Virus record (IMG/VR): IMGVR_UViG_3300038808_000034
Coordinates: 1 to 26,274 of that record
DNA length: 26,274 nt
Source: a virus
Taxonomy: Duplodnaviria > Caudoviricetes
Strand: one strand, 5' to 3'
The notes under the pieces were generated by a model. It ran no database searches and had not been told where the DNA came from. It saw only the letters and a list, made by a program, of their open reading frames with translations. Position numbers and translations under genes: made by a program. Shown here piece by piece: positions 24,457 to 26,274 of the stretch (the stretch's first letter is position 1; each line of letters starts with the position of its first letter).

Positions 24457-24753
24457 ATGCCAGATTCCATCCAAAGTCCATGCCCCTTGTGCAATCTTCC
24501 CTGCATCGCCTATCTCGAAGACTATGGAAAGTGGATGCACTTTTCCTGTCGCTGTTGTCACGAACTGAAGGTGAGCAAGATGGTGATCAGCAAACTGCGT
24601 GCCGAATCTGTCGATGTGCGCGAGCAGCTGTCGCAGCGTGCGCGGGCCCTAAGGGATGGCGAATACCTTCACATCGCTGCGACGGATCAGGGCTCGTTAC
24701 AGCCCAGAGGGCAATCTGCCTGGACAGCTGAGGTGCGGACGCGGCCGGTTTGA
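24457..24753 (+). CDS. Zn-ribbon hypothetical protein (98 aa)
   Basis: CPLC..CRCC; GGGG-rich SD. Confidence 0.65.
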   Translation: MPDSIQSPCPLCNLPCIAYLEDYGKWMHFSCRCCHELKVSKMVISKLRAESVDVREQLSQRARALRDGEYLHIAATDQGSLQPRGQSAWTAEVRTRPV

Positions 24754-24993
24754 GCATTGCCCAAGAAAAAGGCTGCATGGGCGGGCCTGGCTGCCTGTGC
24801 GGCAGATGAGCGGGCTGAGCACTCGAAGAAGGAGGGCTCGATTTCTGAACTGCCTATGCGGCAGCGCACTCTCTGATCATCACCATCATCTCCATCGCCC
24901 TTTTCTGAGCAGCCTCATTGGCGGTGCCCAAAGCGTACCACTCCACGCCGGACGGGCACCCGCCTACGCCAGCGTGGCAGCGATCAACGCTGC

Positions 24994-25326
24994 TTACAGC
25001 CGAAACTGATATGTGCGGTACTCCAGACTCCGGTCACCAGCGATGTGCGTAAAGTCAAAACTGATCATCGCCAGCGTCAGGCATTCTGCGAGCGCAGAGC
25101 ACTGCACAGCCAAGGACTCAGCAGGAATGTCGTATCCATCGCCGTGAATCTCAAATGGCACCTTGGGGTCGATATTGCCCACATATCCAATCTCGAATTG
25201 TTCAAAGCGCAGTGCCCATTGACCGACTTCCACGGCGAATCCGGCAGACGTGAGGACCTCTGCCAAGGCCTCCTTGGAACCAAAAAAGTAGACAGTTCCC
25301 GCTGCATAGGATTCTTGATCGATCAT
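24994..25326 (-). CDS. Acidic hypothetical protein (110 aa)
   Basis: Protein-like ORF; start uncertain. Confidence 0.55.
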   Translation of the reverse strand: MIDQESYAAGTVYFFGSKEALAEVLTSAGFAVEVGQWALRFEQFEIGYVGNIDPKVPFEIHGDGYDIPAESLAVQCSALAECLTLAMISFDFTHIAGDRSLEYRTYQFRL

Positions 25327-25509
25327 TGCTTGTCTGGTTTCTGAAATACCTGCTTGGCAGTGCGCAGAGCCTACCATCTGCGACCCCGCCCTGGGTTTGC
25401 GCGATCCCGCACCGGTGCTGAGTCGGGGTAAAAAAATGCGCACATCCGGTAAGCACCATGCACGGCTCAGCTATAGTTCGGCCGGTCCCGCTTTCTCACC
25501 TGGATACCA

Positions 25510-25986
25510 ATGCGCAGTCGCTTTTCGTTGCTTGCAGTTGTTTGCACGGTTCTGTTCTGCGGCGGAGCGGCGGCGGCGCCGCAATGTAGTAGCCCTGAAA
25601 AGATCGACGCGACCGCGAACCAAGCGCTAGATCGCTTGCAGAGCCTAGTGAACGCTCAGGAAGAACAGGGTGAGCGCCTAAAGAGCATCGCCATGGAGAA
25701 GGCACGGGAGAACAACTGGGATGCGGCCAAAATCCGTGAAGAGGTGCAGCGGTACCTCTCCTCTCCAGAGTATCTGGCAATGGAGAAGGAAAGGGTGCCT
25801 CACCTGCAGCAGATTAGTGAAATTAAGGCGCTCCTCAGAACTGGACTGCAGCCGGGCAAGCAGTCTCAGGTTGAACAGCAATTCTGCATGGACAGCGAAC
25901 GGCTGATGGAGGCGATCGAAGCGAGTTTTGCGATCAATACGCGCGAAGTCGCTCTCGGCGCGAAGTTCTTTTCGGTTGAGAAGTAG
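25510..25986 (+). CDS. Secreted helical hypothetical protein
   Basis: Sec signal peptide ending AAA; two Cys in the mature region. Confidence 0.7.
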   Translation: MRSRFSLLAVVCTVLFCGGAAAAPQCSSPEKIDATANQALDRLQSLVNAQEEQGERLKSIAMEKARENNWDAAKIREEVQRYLSSPEYLAMEKERVPHLQQISEIKALLRTGLQPGKQSQVEQQFCMDSERLMEAIEASFAINTREVALGAKFFSVEK

Positions 25987-26036
25987 CCACGCCTACGTCG
26001 CCGAGCTCCGGGACAAAGTGGCGCGACGTGTACCTA

Positions 26037-26149
26037 TGAGATAGCCCCCCCGATTCCCCGGCGCCGGCCTATCGCTTATCTTTGAAGATAGGAACAGGAC
26101 TGTGCATATGACTAGGCATATGGAGTCAATCGAGGTAGTCGTGAAGGGG
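26037..26149 (+). mobile_element. Left end of an IS3-family (IS2 group) element, truncated
   Basis: TG..GCCCCCCCGATT..TATCGCTTA..GATAG..GACTAGGCATATGGAG resembles the IS2 left end as recalled; OrfA-like start MESIEVVVKG. Confidence 0.6.
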
Positions 26150-26274
26150 CCCCCCCCCCCGCGCGGGGCCCCCCCCCCGGGGGCGGGGCGGGGGGGGGCC
26201 CCCCCCCAAACGGGGAATAGCGGGGGAATTTTAGGGGGGCGGGGAGGCGGTTTGGGGGGGTGGGGTTTCAGTGG
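26146..26274. other. Low-complexity G/C runs, probable contig-end sequencing artefact
   Basis: Abrupt poly-G/poly-C replacing the expected transposase ORF. Confidence 0.75.

Noticed and set aside
26146-26274. G-quadruplex or functional repeat
   Set aside because: Most consistent with low-quality terminal sequence
1-26274. CRISPR array, rRNA, retron/DGR reverse transcriptase, integrase
   Set aside because: No regularly spaced repeats and no RT or integrase motifs seen in this window

Overview
GC-rich betaproteobacterial (Comamonadaceae-like) DNA. Positions 1 to ~21516 are the late/right arm of a temperate prophage. In order it holds: the end of a probable ejection protein, a reverse-strand membrane 'moron', a 3865-aa polyvalent virion protein (iPPase-like, N6-adenine MTase, ART, zincin, PRTase, PLxRFG modules), and a holin/SAR-endolysin/Rz/Rz1 lysis cassette. 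A post-lysis accessory hotspot follows. It carries two putative nucleotide-signal 'sponge' (anti-defence) genes, one of them a membrane-anchored divergent Gp49/Acb4-like protein, plus two decayed extra Rz copies, an HNH nuclease and a HEPN-motif protein. Next come a LexA-box operon, an HNH-AP2 homing endonuclease and an SRAP gene with an ATC start. The prophage ends at a 5' half of a tRNA-Gly with arm-type repeats. To the right lie two paralogous anti-SD-loop sRNA-like elements, small membrane and secreted proteins, the left end of an IS2-group element and a low-complexity contig end. Family assignments come from motif recognition by eye; no searches were run.
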